Shown in pieces: positions 45,047 through 54,182 of a stretch of DNA of 64,000 nt. The translations under genes were made by a program, and so were the position numbers. Each line of letters opens with the position of its first letter. Position 1 is the stretch's first letter. The stretch lies in the IMG/VR virus record IMGVR_UViG_3300030330_005745, positions 18,949 to 82,948 of that record. One strand, written 5' to 3'. The notes under the pieces were generated by a model that was given only the letters and a program-made list of their open reading frames with translations, searched no databases and was not told where the DNA came from. Origin of the DNA: a virus. Its lineage: Duplodnaviria > Caudoviricetes.

Positions 45047-46642
45047 ATGGCTAAGAGAAGCGGAAGTTCTTTCGGTTCTTTCAATAAAACGCAAGACTTC
45101 AGCGCAAATAGAGTGCTTCCCATCCGGACTGAGTTTTCTCAAGGCTCAGTTCCGGATTCTATTTACAGTGCGAACAGAGAATCTGCTTGGTCTAGATGGC
45201 GTAGAGGTTTTGAAATTTATGCTAATAGCCTGTATGACGAATCGTATTCATATACCTTTAACTACCTTATTCCGCTACCACCAGGAACAGTTTTACCTCC
45301 AGGGGTAAACCCGCCGCAAGTCCCTGGTATTTGCCAAGGATTTCCAACCAAGAACAAAGAACTTGGCATGCATTGGGCAGGCGTGCGTGTTGGAGGAAGT
45401 CTTAGGTTTGACAACTTACGAGGCGGTGGTGGCGTCACTGCTTCCATCAAGGCCGTGACGGAAACTGAAGATTTCTGGTATGTAGAACTGAACGGTGGTT
45501 GGGATGAAAATACACCATTGCCACCTCCTTTGTTTATTCCTCCCGTTGTTGTAGGGGGCAGAGAGATTGTTCCAAAACAATACCCAATCAACGGCGAAAT
45601 CTTGGAAGATCGTGTTGTTGAAGTTGGCGGTGCTCCTATAACAGCAGCAACTATTGACCCCGCCACACAAAAACGATACGGCTATATTCAGGCAGTTTTA
45701 GTCGAAACAGACGAAGTTAAGGGGATTTTAAAGCTGCAAAAGCTTGGTTCTGTTGAAGCTACTCCGGATGGTGTGTTCCAAACACCAGCACGTGAAGACC
45801 CTCATGTAGGAAGATTTTTAATTACAGGAACAAGATACTGTTGTTCTTGTCAAGATTTTTCACGACGTGATTATTACTTCATGTCTCAGCTTGGTACGAC
45901 AAACAAAAAAGCTTTTCCTCGAACCAGTGTTGCGACTCTTCGCCCTGGCCGGTTTGAAATCATGACCGGTACAGAAGGTGATGCAAACGCGGTTAATAAT
46001 AATGCAATGACTAGCGCACAGTTGGATCGACAGATGGAAATTCGCGCACCATCTGCACAATACAATATCCCTCCGACAGTTACACCGAACAGCTCAACTG
46101 TCCGTGGAACTACCCGCGACAACCCAGGAGTATTCCGCTCGTTTGGTGGACGTTATCTTCGCAATAACCCGTTGCCTTCATTGGAGGGAGCCGTTGCAGA
46201 AGGACCTCCTTTATACAGGGATTATAAAACTGTAAAAAACGAGGACGGAAGTTTTACCATCACGGAGCTAACTGACTTCTGGACACCATTACTGGATGAG
46301 ATGCGTTATTGCAAACATATCTATGCAATGAAGTTTGCTGAAAAAGTTTTTCCACCAGAACCTTCAGATCTCCCTGTGGCTATGGGAAGTATTGTTGAAT
46401 GGGAACGTGATCTTGTCGAAAAAACCAACCGAGAGAACCAAACGGCTGCGTACGAATTGTCAGTTCGCGGTTTATCCAAAATGGATGTACCTCCATACAA
46501 CTGCCAGGCACCAATGATGATGCCGATGTTCCAAAAACTATTCAACATTCCATCTACATTTATCTTGATGGATGGTTTTAGAATGTTTGACAAGAATGGT
46601 AAAGAATACAATCCATCTGAAAACGAAGGACCGGCGACTTAA
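45047..46642 (+). CDS. hypothetical protein with a split SWIM-like Cys/His motif
   Basis: YCCSCQDF ... about 150 aa ... YCKHIYAM. Confidence 0.6.
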   Translation: MAKRSGSSFGSFNKTQDFSANRVLPIRTEFSQGSVPDSIYSANRESAWSRWRRGFEIYANSLYDESYSYTFNYLIPLPPGTVLPPGVNPPQVPGICQGFPTKNKELGMHWAGVRVGGSLRFDNLRGGGGVTASIKAVTETEDFWYVELNGGWDENTPLPPPLFIPPVVVGGREIVPKQYPINGEILEDRVVEVGGAPITAATIDPATQKRYGYIQAVLVETDEVKGILKLQKLGSVEATPDGVFQTPAREDPHVGRFLITGTRYCCSCQDFSRRDYYFMSQLGTTNKKAFPRTSVATLRPGRFEIMTGTEGDANAVNNNAMTSAQLDRQMEIRAPSAQYNIPPTVTPNSSTVRGTTRDNPGVFRSFGGRYLRNNPLPSLEGAVAEGPPLYRDYKTVKNEDGSFTITELTDFWTPLLDEMRYCKHIYAMKFAEKVFPPEPSDLPVAMGSIVEWERDLVEKTNRENQTAAYELSVRGLSKMDVPPYNCQAPMMMPMFQKLFNIPSTFILMDGFRMFDKNGKEYNPSENEGPAT

Positions 46643-46864
46643 ATGGCTGATTTTGGTGAAATTGTAGACGGTACTTTTGTACTTTCCCCAGAGCAGATTG
46701 AATCACGTAAGTATGGCTTTAGCGATATTAAAGTCAGTGGCATCCCAACGATTTACCATGCTGGTGACGTTGTAAATCTTCCTTATACGACAGGGGAAAC
46801 CTCAACCATTGAAGCGATTGGCTTGGCTTGGTCAGCTTTTTCAAGCGGGATAGGACCTGCTTAA
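46643..46864 (+). CDS. hypothetical protein
   Basis: 73-aa coupled ORF. Confidence 0.55.
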   Translation: MADFGEIVDGTFVLSPEQIESRKYGFSDIKVSGIPTIYHAGDVVNLPYTTGETSTIEAIGLAWSAFSSGIGPA

Positions 46865-46928
46865 AACTATTTTTGCGGATGAAGATCAAAGTTGATACGA
46901 TTCAACTAAGACATCTTTAATCATCTAC

Positions 46929-47588
46929 GTGAAAAAATTTCTTGCATCCGTTTTAGCAGTTGCTGCATTAACGACACCTGTTTTTGCTGGAGAAGAGAAA
47001 GTTAAAAGGTGGCGCAGCTTTGATTCTGTAGGCTGCATGATGCTGCGGGAATGTACTGAGGACGTAGAGCGGATAGAAACCTGGTCGGACTTAGGCCCAG
47101 AATATGCAATTGCAGGATCCGAACTAGACGGCATTATTGCAGCATTGGACAAAATCGGCGCAGGAATTTTTGTAGCCGATGAAAAGTATTTCGCAATGAG
47201 AATGCGCGGTGTTTATGACGTACGTTTAAACAACATCTTTTTAAACAAGTTTTACTTAGATCAACCCACCAAGATGATTCAGGTCATTCGCCATGAAGCA
47301 TGGCATACCGCACAAGACTGCATGGCGGGAACTTTAGACAACACGTTTACAGCTTTGATTTTTCCAGAGGAGGATGTACCTGACTGGATTCGTAGGGGAG
47401 CAGAGCGGACGTATCCAAAAAACGTATTGCCTTTTGAAGCCGAGGCAATGTGGGCAATGTATGTAGAAGAGAAGACCAAAGACGCCTTGGAGGTTTGTGC
47501 GGGACCCCTAAAAATGTGGGAGCACTACACCCCTACTCCTTTAACAGGCGAGTGGCTGAAAGAAAAGGGGTTCATGAAGGAAGGTTAA
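46929..47588 (+). CDS. secreted zincin-like metallopeptidase
   Basis: Signal peptide, HEAWH (HExxH) and a downstream EAEA. Confidence 0.75.
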   Translation: MKKFLASVLAVAALTTPVFAGEEKVKRWRSFDSVGCMMLRECTEDVERIETWSDLGPEYAIAGSELDGIIAALDKIGAGIFVADEKYFAMRMRGVYDVRLNNIFLNKFYLDQPTKMIQVIRHEAWHTAQDCMAGTLDNTFTALIFPEEDVPDWIRRGAERTYPKNVLPFEAEAMWAMYVEEKTKDALEVCAGPLKMWEHYTPTPLTGEWLKEKGFMKEG

Positions 47589-47611
47589 AACAAAAGATTT
47601 GTTACTGATTG

Positions 47612-47645
47612 TATAATCTTATTAAGTCTCATGGGACTTATTAAG
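47612..47645 (+). promoter_or_regulatory. -10 box with an overlapping palindrome and direct repeats (operator-like)
   Basis: TATAAT at 47612-17; TAAGTCTCATGGGACTTA at 47623-40; CTTATTAAG twice. Confidence 0.45.
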
Positions 47646-47713
47646 GACTTCTGTACTCGCTCGCGGTTCCTGCTCCGGATGACTATTGTTCTGGGACACT
47701 AACCAATACAGTC

Positions 47714-48136
47714 ATGACACATACCCCTCCCAACGACCAAACCATCGTTGATGAGTATTTTAAACTACGAACGAATCGAAGGCGCAGCCGATTAGCTTGG
47801 CTGTTTGGTATGATTGCGACCTATGGCCTTACTCCAGACGCCCTAGAAGGCTTCTCCTGGGGTCCTGAGGCCTCGATCTACATACAAGGCAAACGTCGCC
47901 CTGTAAGCCCTGTACACCCTCAATGGGCTATAATTTTCAGGCTAAAAGAAGAGCAGCCCCGCAACTGGCAGGACTGCTTGCAATCTCTGTCTGAACAGTT
48001 GTACTGCGCAATGGCGTATCAAAAGGTAGGCGTAAACATCACCGACCTTTTGTTATCGCATCAAATGCGGAAACGTTTGTACCGATCCGTCAAGCGGCCT
48101 CGGAAAGTACTCCGACATCTTGCAAGTGTTTCTTGA
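47714..48136 (+). CDS. degenerate tyrosine-recombinase catalytic-domain fragment
   Basis: WLFGMIATYGLTPD versus the cyanobacterial integrase pattern YGMLATYGLRPHE; V.PVHPQW; HQMR. Confidence 0.5.
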   Translation: MTHTPPNDQTIVDEYFKLRTNRRRSRLAWLFGMIATYGLTPDALEGFSWGPEASIYIQGKRRPVSPVHPQWAIIFRLKEEQPRNWQDCLQSLSEQLYCAMAYQKVGVNITDLLLSHQMRKRLYRSVKRPRKVLRHLASVS

Positions 48137-48308
48137 CAGCAACAACGTTCCAGCGGTAGCTGTCACGCGAAAAGGTGTTTGAAAAAGCTGCAAAATGCGG
48201 CCCGAGCTTCAGTGTGCCGTCATCGCGGTACTGAAAGAGAGTTTTGCGATCAAGGCCCAGGATTTCACCTGCCTTATTGGCAGATACCCATGAAGACTTG
48301 GAAGCCAT
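48090..48308 (-). CDS. excisionase-like HTH protein
   Basis: WVSANKAGEILGLDRKTLFQYRDDG.LK.G.HF...YRWNV. Confidence 0.7.
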   Translation of the reverse strand: MASKSSWVSANKAGEILGLDRKTLFQYRDDGTLKLGPHFAAFSNTFSRDSYRWNVVAVKKHLQDVGVLSEAA

Positions 48309-48442
48309 GCTGTGTGAGGCGTGGATACTTCATCACGGTATAAACCCTTACTGAGGTGTCAAGCGACTTTAGAAAATTTTTATCTGTTTATTTAGAAGTG
48401 TAAATATCTGCTCGTAGAATTAGTTAACGGCAACTAAAGAGT

Positions 48443-48811
48443 ATGTTCAATAATGAACAGGAACCGCTTTCCCTGCTCATTGAAATCACTCCAAAGTTAG
48501 CGAAAAGACGTTATCGACAATCAATTTACGAAGCCTGGGATCACTGCTGTGGCTACTGTGGTGACAAGGCAACAAGTTTAGATCACATCGTACCAAGGTT
48601 TAAATCTGGTTCAAGCAACAGAAACAATTTAGTCCCTGCTTGTCGCCGGTGTAACCAGAATAAAGCATCCCATGACATGGAGGAATGGTATCGGCAGCAA
48701 GATTATTTCTGCGAAGAACGCCTGGAAAAACTCATAGCTTGGGCGGAAACACCTCTTATTTGTCCTTCAGAAATTTATTATCAGCCTGGTTACATTCCTG
48801 CAGCAGGTTAG
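48443..48811 (+). CDS. HNH endonuclease
   Basis: CGYCG..ATSLDHIVPR..GSSNRNNLVPACRRCNQNK. Confidence 0.9.
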   Translation: MFNNEQEPLSLLIEITPKLAKRRYRQSIYEAWDHCCGYCGDKATSLDHIVPRFKSGSSNRNNLVPACRRCNQNKASHDMEEWYRQQDYFCEERLEKLIAWAETPLICPSEIYYQPGYIPAAG

Positions 48812-48830
48812 TTATCCTGTCTGTAGTGGC

Positions 48831-49292
48831 ATGAAACGAATGAGTGATAAAGAGTGGCGCAAGGAAAACGATACAAAAGTCGATTACATCATTAATGAAA
48901 TAACGAATGGGGATAAAAATGCCTCTGCGTATCTGTATGATCTATCCGCTGCGGCGCGGATTGTTGATGACATCTACGATGAATTTGAAAACGTAAATCC
49001 CGGCCATGCCATGCTTATGGTAGAAATTCTTTTTGTTCGTATTCCAAGCAATCCTTTCTTTCAAAAGTACAGAAAAGAATTAGAAACCTACCATTTTGCC
49101 ATGTGGCAAGCGTGGGAAGCTAGTAACGCTTTGGAAAACGGGGATGAAACCGATCGAATTTATCACCACGTATTGCGGGATTACTGTAACGAAATCTTGC
49201 TTTTTGTGGCTTTAAAGTGCTTAGGATATAATCAAGTTAAGAAAGTGAACCTGCTTATACGCAGGCTTTTTAATAAAAAACTAGGGGAATAA
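48831..49292 (+). CDS. terpenoid-synthase/prenyltransferase-fold protein (DDxxD)
   Basis: All-helical 153 aa with ARIVDDIYD, IPSNPFF, ASNALE, HVLRD. Confidence 0.55.
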   Translation: MKRMSDKEWRKENDTKVDYIINEITNGDKNASAYLYDLSAAARIVDDIYDEFENVNPGHAMLMVEILFVRIPSNPFFQKYRKELETYHFAMWQAWEASNALENGDETDRIYHHVLRDYCNEILLFVALKCLGYNQVKKVNLLIRRLFNKKLGE

Positions 49293-52249
49293 TGGGTCTT
49301 TACAGCGGAGGAGGAGGAGGCCAACCGGATCCGGTAGAGGTTCGTAGGGCAGAACTTGAAAAAGCTTGGCAGGAATATAAAAAAACGATGGCGGTTCAAG
49401 AACCGTCAGTCGATAATATGGGTGCTGTCGGTGTGTTTTACAACCCAGCTAATAAACAATGGAACGTAACGCGAGAGAAAACAGATTTCAAAACAGATTT
49501 TGAAATACAAGATAAAATAAACACAAACTTTAAAACGGTAAGAAGGGAAACGGTATCAAGCAAACGTGTAGGGAGAGGAGGAGGAGAACTACGTTATACA
49601 GTTACTGTTCGATATGATATTGAGGATGGGGACGGAAACGTAGTACATACAGGAAGATCAGAAAACTATAGAGGTACGGAAGAATATACAGGCTATGGCA
49701 GAGGTTCCAGAAGTACTGGAAGGATCATAGTCGATCGGTATGCTAACGATGATGTAACTATGGATCTTGAGCAACAAGAAAGAACCGCCAATGAGATTAG
49801 AGACAGAGAAAAAGAAATAGCAAAAGTAGAAAACCAGTATATAGGTAAACGTAACAAGCTTTCAAAGGAATACAACGAAAAAGGAACAGTATTAAACAAT
49901 AAAAACACAGCAAAGAACGCTGTTTACGACCAAATTGTTGATAATATTGCAAGGAATACTAAGGGTTCTGATTACATAAATCGTCGAGCTAGCGTTGATA
50001 ATTTAAAAAACACATTAACAAATGCTGGCATTAGCGACAGTAACGCTAACAGTATTATTTCTACGTTAAAAAACGAATATAAATCTTTTTATCGTGCCGA
50101 AAAATTACAGAAATGGGATTCAAAATTAGGCGCAAAACCTCCTTACGGAAGCTTTGATGCTTCTTATTATGCAGGAATATCGCCCACAGCAAACACAACT
50201 TGGACTAATGCAGTAAACAACGATGATATTGATATCACTGAAAGATATACAAATAAAAATGGTTTTTTGTTGTACCACTACACAGCTGCTGGTAAACCTG
50301 CTGGTCTACGAGGAAATAGGGCTGAGATCACAGAGCAAACAAATGCATATTTAGAAAAAACTCCTACAGATAGTGATTTACAAGCCGTAAGAGATTTACA
50401 GCTTGGTATAGCAGACAATCAAGCACAACGTCTCTTGGCAGTTCCAGAGATTGCTGAACAATGGGACTTAGCGCGTCAGGGAGATCCTTATTGGAAAAAT
50501 CTCGCTAAAGAAAACTTTTTAGACATTGAAGAGCCTGATCAGTTTGCGGCTTTATTTCGTTTATCTGACCGAGAAGAAGATAAGCAAATTAAATTTAACT
50601 TGAATTTAAATACCGGCTACGGTATTACAGATCTTGAGGACGCTATTAATCAAGCTGTAGGAGAAAAAGCCCTGGTAGATGTCACTAGGTTTGGTGCATT
50701 AACCCAAAATGTTTTGAAAGACACGATCGAAGAAATGAAAAAGGCTAAAGCCCAAGAACAAGAACTAGAACTGTTCCGAGGTTTTGGTGGCTTTGAAGAA
50801 ATTATGAACATAAACGAAGAGCTTACTAACTCAATTATGGGCGATAGTGGTGTTGGTGGTGTGCTTGCTTTTACCAGTGGAGACAAAGCGGAAAAAAGCC
50901 TGGAAACAGCAATAGGTAACCTTACTGGTGTTGGTAATAATACTACGTATAACTGGCAAAACTGGTTTGATAATGAACTTCAAAAACAATACGAAGGTGA
51001 TTTAGAACTAGGGTACACCAAGGACGAGGCTGAAAAAGAAATTGCGATTGAAGCAGAATTTGCCAAGAATTTTATTAACGATTATTTAGTGCCCCGTTTT
51101 GATACTTCTCGTTCAATGGATGAATTTGTCGAGTATTTAGATGTAAGACAAGAAGAACAGAATCCATTCCAAACGCAGGATATGGTTAATGCAGTTCAGC
51201 AAGTAGCACGATTACGTTCCGAAGCATACTTAGACCAGTTAAAAGGTACAGCCGACCGTGGTTTTAATGCTGATTTTTACTTTAACCCTACAGGAGACGA
51301 TGCAAGAGTTTCTGACTATGCGAAACAGAAAGAAAAGGTATCCAGTGATTGGGATAAGGCTCGATTTGGCACACCAGAAGAGAAGGCTTATTGGGCCAGT
51401 CAAGCCTATCGTTTTGGTCTAGACATTAACGATAAGGAAAGTTTTGCCAAAATTCACTTTCAAATCAAGGGCCAAGGCAAGGGTTATGACGGTGCTGATG
51501 ATATTTTGAATGCTTCAAAAGTTAGGAATAAAATCTTTAATGACATTATGCCTGTATTGGAAGATGAAGCATTAGAGCAGGGAACTGTTTTTGGTCAGTT
51601 TGTTAAACCTGAAGAATTTGCAGAAGAACTTCTGCAGGGTATTAATCCTGAAGATGAAGAGTATCAAGAAATCCTTGACGAACTTGGTATAGATGAATTC
51701 ACAGGAACAGTAGACGAATTAAAAGAATATATTGTGGAGGCGCTACGTGGAGGCAGTGCGCAATTAATCAGAGAAAATATTAAATACCTTAACGAAAAAC
51801 GTGAAAAACCTACTCAAGAAAAGCTTGGTATTACTTACATTGAACGGGAGGAAGACTACGCTCCTGAGAAAGTCAAAGCAGAAACACAGCTTTATAAAGT
51901 ATTTACCAACGCAGGATTTCAAGGAACAGAAGACGAGTTCTATGAGGAGTTCTTCCCTGACACTGACCGTTCTGAGCAAATCTTACTGAGTAAAGGAGGA
52001 ACAAACGAAGGCTTAGAAATGATTGATCTTGATTTCAGTGATCCTTTCGCGGCGTTTGGTACAGTTCAAGGTTTCTTTGACGATGACGAAAGAGAAGAAA
52101 AAGAAAGAGAAAGAAGAAAGGAGGGCGAGGGGAAAAAAGGCAGAAGTTACTTTAGTTTAAACTTAGATGATGACGATGATGAGGACTATAAGTCCAAGAG
52201 TGGACAGGAAATCCTCGGAGAGTTTACCTCAATCTTTAAAGGTTTCTAA
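49292..52249 (+). CDS. large acidic protein (985 aa), probably virion-internal
   Basis: Coupled to the upstream gene (TAATG); N-terminus MGLYSGGGGG; FDASYY..S and LYHYTAAGKPAGLRGN repeat-like element. Confidence 0.65.
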   Translation: MGLYSGGGGGQPDPVEVRRAELEKAWQEYKKTMAVQEPSVDNMGAVGVFYNPANKQWNVTREKTDFKTDFEIQDKINTNFKTVRRETVSSKRVGRGGGELRYTVTVRYDIEDGDGNVVHTGRSENYRGTEEYTGYGRGSRSTGRIIVDRYANDDVTMDLEQQERTANEIRDREKEIAKVENQYIGKRNKLSKEYNEKGTVLNNKNTAKNAVYDQIVDNIARNTKGSDYINRRASVDNLKNTLTNAGISDSNANSIISTLKNEYKSFYRAEKLQKWDSKLGAKPPYGSFDASYYAGISPTANTTWTNAVNNDDIDITERYTNKNGFLLYHYTAAGKPAGLRGNRAEITEQTNAYLEKTPTDSDLQAVRDLQLGIADNQAQRLLAVPEIAEQWDLARQGDPYWKNLAKENFLDIEEPDQFAALFRLSDREEDKQIKFNLNLNTGYGITDLEDAINQAVGEKALVDVTRFGALTQNVLKDTIEEMKKAKAQEQELELFRGFGGFEEIMNINEELTNSIMGDSGVGGVLAFTSGDKAEKSLETAIGNLTGVGNNTTYNWQNWFDNELQKQYEGDLELGYTKDEAEKEIAIEAEFAKNFINDYLVPRFDTSRSMDEFVEYLDVRQEEQNPFQTQDMVNAVQQVARLRSEAYLDQLKGTADRGFNADFYFNPTGDDARVSDYAKQKEKVSSDWDKARFGTPEEKAYWASQAYRFGLDINDKESFAKIHFQIKGQGKGYDGADDILNASKVRNKIFNDIMPVLEDEALEQGTVFGQFVKPEEFAEELLQGINPEDEEYQEILDELGIDEFTGTVDELKEYIVEALRGGSAQLIRENIKYLNEKREKPTQEKLGITYIEREEDYAPEKVKAETQLYKVFTNAGFQGTEDEFYEEFFPDTDRSEQILLSKGGTNEGLEMIDLDFSDPFAAFGTVQGFFDDDEREEKERERRKEGEGKKGRSYFSLNLDDDDDEDYKSKSGQEILGEFTSIFKGF

Positions 52250-52548
52250 TGGCTGATAAACGCAAGAAAGCAGCAAAAGCAGCCAAGCTTGCCAAGGACA
52301 AAATGGCTTGCAATAAACCTAAGAAGACTCCTGGGCACCCAACGAAGTCACACGTCGTAAAAGCCTGTAAAGACGGAAAAGAAAAAATCGTTCGTTTTGG
52401 TCAGCAGGGTGTAAAAGGTGCTGGAAAGAATCCGAAGACAGCCAAAGAGAAAGCACGTAAGAAGTCATATTATGCTCGTCATAATGCACAGGATAGTAAC
52501 CCTGACAAGTTCTCTGCCCGTTATTGGAGCCACAAAGTCAAATGGTAA
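52249..52548 (+). CDS. Lys-rich conserved cyanophage protein
   Basis: KSHVVKACKDGKEKIVRFGQQG..RKKSYYARH..SARYWSHKVKW. Confidence 0.75.
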   Translation: MADKRKKAAKAAKLAKDKMACNKPKKTPGHPTKSHVVKACKDGKEKIVRFGQQGVKGAGKNPKTAKEKARKKSYYARHNAQDSNPDKFSARYWSHKVKW

Positions 52549-52721
52549 GTGTTGAGATGGAAATGTCCATCGAAGATTGTCAGGTTTTATACCAGGCAGT
52601 CTGTGATGCTCTTCAGTACTGGCCGGGTTCTCCTGGCAGGCCTAAAGAACAACAGGAAAAATTCAGGCAAATGAAGTTCTTCCTGTTTAGCATTATGTGC
52701 GAAGCTTCTTTGGATTCATGA
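52542..52721 (+). CDS. hypothetical protein
   Basis: YQAVCDALQYWPGSP.RP.EQQE.F. Confidence 0.6.
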   Translation: MVSVEMEMSIEDCQVLYQAVCDALQYWPGSPGRPKEQQEKFRQMKFFLFSIMCEASLDS

Positions 52722-52831
52722 AAAAAGCCGACGGTTACATCCAGGCACGTCCCAAAAAAACACGTCAAGGTCAAGGTAAGCATTCGAAGCCTACAGGTAA
52801 CAAGAAAAAGTATCGCGGTCAAGGTAAATAA
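52718..52831 (+). CDS. 37-aa basic peptide
   Basis: Manual ORF MKKADGYIQARPKKTRQGQGKHSK..NKKKYRGQGK. Confidence 0.65.
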   Translation: MKKADGYIQARPKKTRQGQGKHSKPTGNKKKYRGQGK

Positions 52832-52866
52832 ATTGTGTATGATTGGAGGTAATGCTTATTACCTCC

Positions 52867-53526
52867 ATGGCGGATTATTCGCTAGCTGTAGAACTTATCC
52901 GTAAGTATGAAGGGTATAGCGAAAAAGCATACTCTGATCCAGCCACTGGAGAAGAGCCGTACACACTTGGCTTTGGTACGCAGTTTTATCCGGATGGTTC
53001 TCCGGTAAGACAAGGCCAGCGATGTACATATGAGAAGGCAATCGAATATTTATTCAACGAAATTACTGTTATTGAAGCGCAGTTACGCAAGCTAAATCTG
53101 GGTTTAGATCCCTACATGACTCAGGCTTTAGTGTCGTTTATACATTCGGTTGGCTGGGAATCTTTTCTGTACAGCGAAGTTATTGACAACATTGAGCGAG
53201 AAGATTTCCATGGGGCAACGCTGGTCATGTCTGACTGGGTCTTTGATGCAGAACACAAAGTTATTGGGGGTTTAATTGATCGACGGCGTGAAGAGTCAGA
53301 ACTTTTCCTCACCGAAATTGACCCTGAAGAAGATTATGGCACCGATATTTTACTTCGTGCTTTCCGCTATTACTCAGCTTCCAGGCATCAAGTAGGAGCG
53401 ATTAGACAGCTGGAAACCCAGATCAGTCCTTATGTCTTGGCTGAGTTTGCAAACTCATTCCGTGTCCAAGAAGACCCTTGGGCGGCGCTAACCGACGCGG
53501 AGTTAAATGCTATCTTTGACGTGTAG
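52867..53526 (+). CDS. endolysin, GH24 phage lysozyme
   Basis: LIRKYEGYSEKAYSDP..GEEPYTLGFG (E/D/T triad) and GLIDRRREESELF; start moved to MADY. Confidence 0.85.
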   Translation: MADYSLAVELIRKYEGYSEKAYSDPATGEEPYTLGFGTQFYPDGSPVRQGQRCTYEKAIEYLFNEITVIEAQLRKLNLGLDPYMTQALVSFIHSVGWESFLYSEVIDNIEREDFHGATLVMSDWVFDAEHKVIGGLIDRRREESELFLTEIDPEEDYGTDILLRAFRYYSASRHQVGAIRQLETQISPYVLAEFANSFRVQEDPWAALTDAELNAIFDV

Positions 53527-53557
53527 CCTTAGAATAACGGAAGCAAAAGAAATCGAA

Positions 53558-53845
53558 ATGGAACGTTCTGTGGAGCCTAGAGAATTTCACTTACCACTTG
53601 AACTTCAATTTTCGATGCGAAAGGCAGAAATATGCGCCCAAGAAATGACATGGGAGCAGCTACATGCAGCCCTATTGAACTTGTACCATCAAAGATTGAT
53701 GGAGTGGTACGCAATCAAGTCCCTCATGGAAGATGAAAATATCCAGATTGACTTCGATGTACCGACCGAATTGGAGTTAGCAGAACTCGCTGTAAGTCAG
53801 ATGTTTGATCCTGACGAAGACGAAGACGACGTAACTCCTTTTTGA
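53558..53845 (+). CDS. NblA-like phycobilisome degradation protein with an acidic tail
   Basis: LPLELQFSMRKAE..AQEMTWEQL..LLNLYHQ matches the NblA pattern LxLEQQFxLR..Q.MS.EQ..L..LY.Q. Confidence 0.55.
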   Translation: MERSVEPREFHLPLELQFSMRKAEICAQEMTWEQLHAALLNLYHQRLMEWYAIKSLMEDENIQIDFDVPTELELAELAVSQMFDPDEDEDDVTPF

Positions 53846-53859
53846 ACGGATAAACAGAC

Positions 53860-54177
53860 ATGCTGTCTACTGAGTACCGCAAGCGGCTTGAATTCATTTG
53901 TTCACGTATAGCCGAGAAACAAGAGGTTTTGTTAGAAGACATGATCTGGGCCGAAAAATTAGCCAAGGCAAATCGTTCGGCAGCTGAGATCTTACGTCGT
54001 GCCAGGCGTTTATCCCGAAATCCAGAGATGAAAGCAGATAGTCTGGACGGATTTATGAACGCCATGGATCTAGGTGATCCTGATCCAACAAATCACCGGA
54101 CCACATTTAGGGATCCGGATGACATTGTCGAATGGTTTAGCCAGGAGAAAACAGATGACTGGCGTCAAAGAGACTGA
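53860..54177 (+). CDS. conserved cyanophage hypothetical protein
   Basis: MLSTEYRKRLEFIC..I....VLLEDMIWAEKLAKAN. Confidence 0.7.
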   Translation: MLSTEYRKRLEFICSRIAEKQEVLLEDMIWAEKLAKANRSAAEILRRARRLSRNPEMKADSLDGFMNAMDLGDPDPTNHRTTFRDPDDIVEWFSQEKTDDWRQRD

Positions 54178-54182
54178 TGTGA

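Noticed and set aside
49292-52249. 985-aa protein as a tape measure or virion RNA polymerase
   Set aside because: No Ala/Gly TM periodicity of tape measures, and no DxDGD or single-subunit RNAP motifs seen
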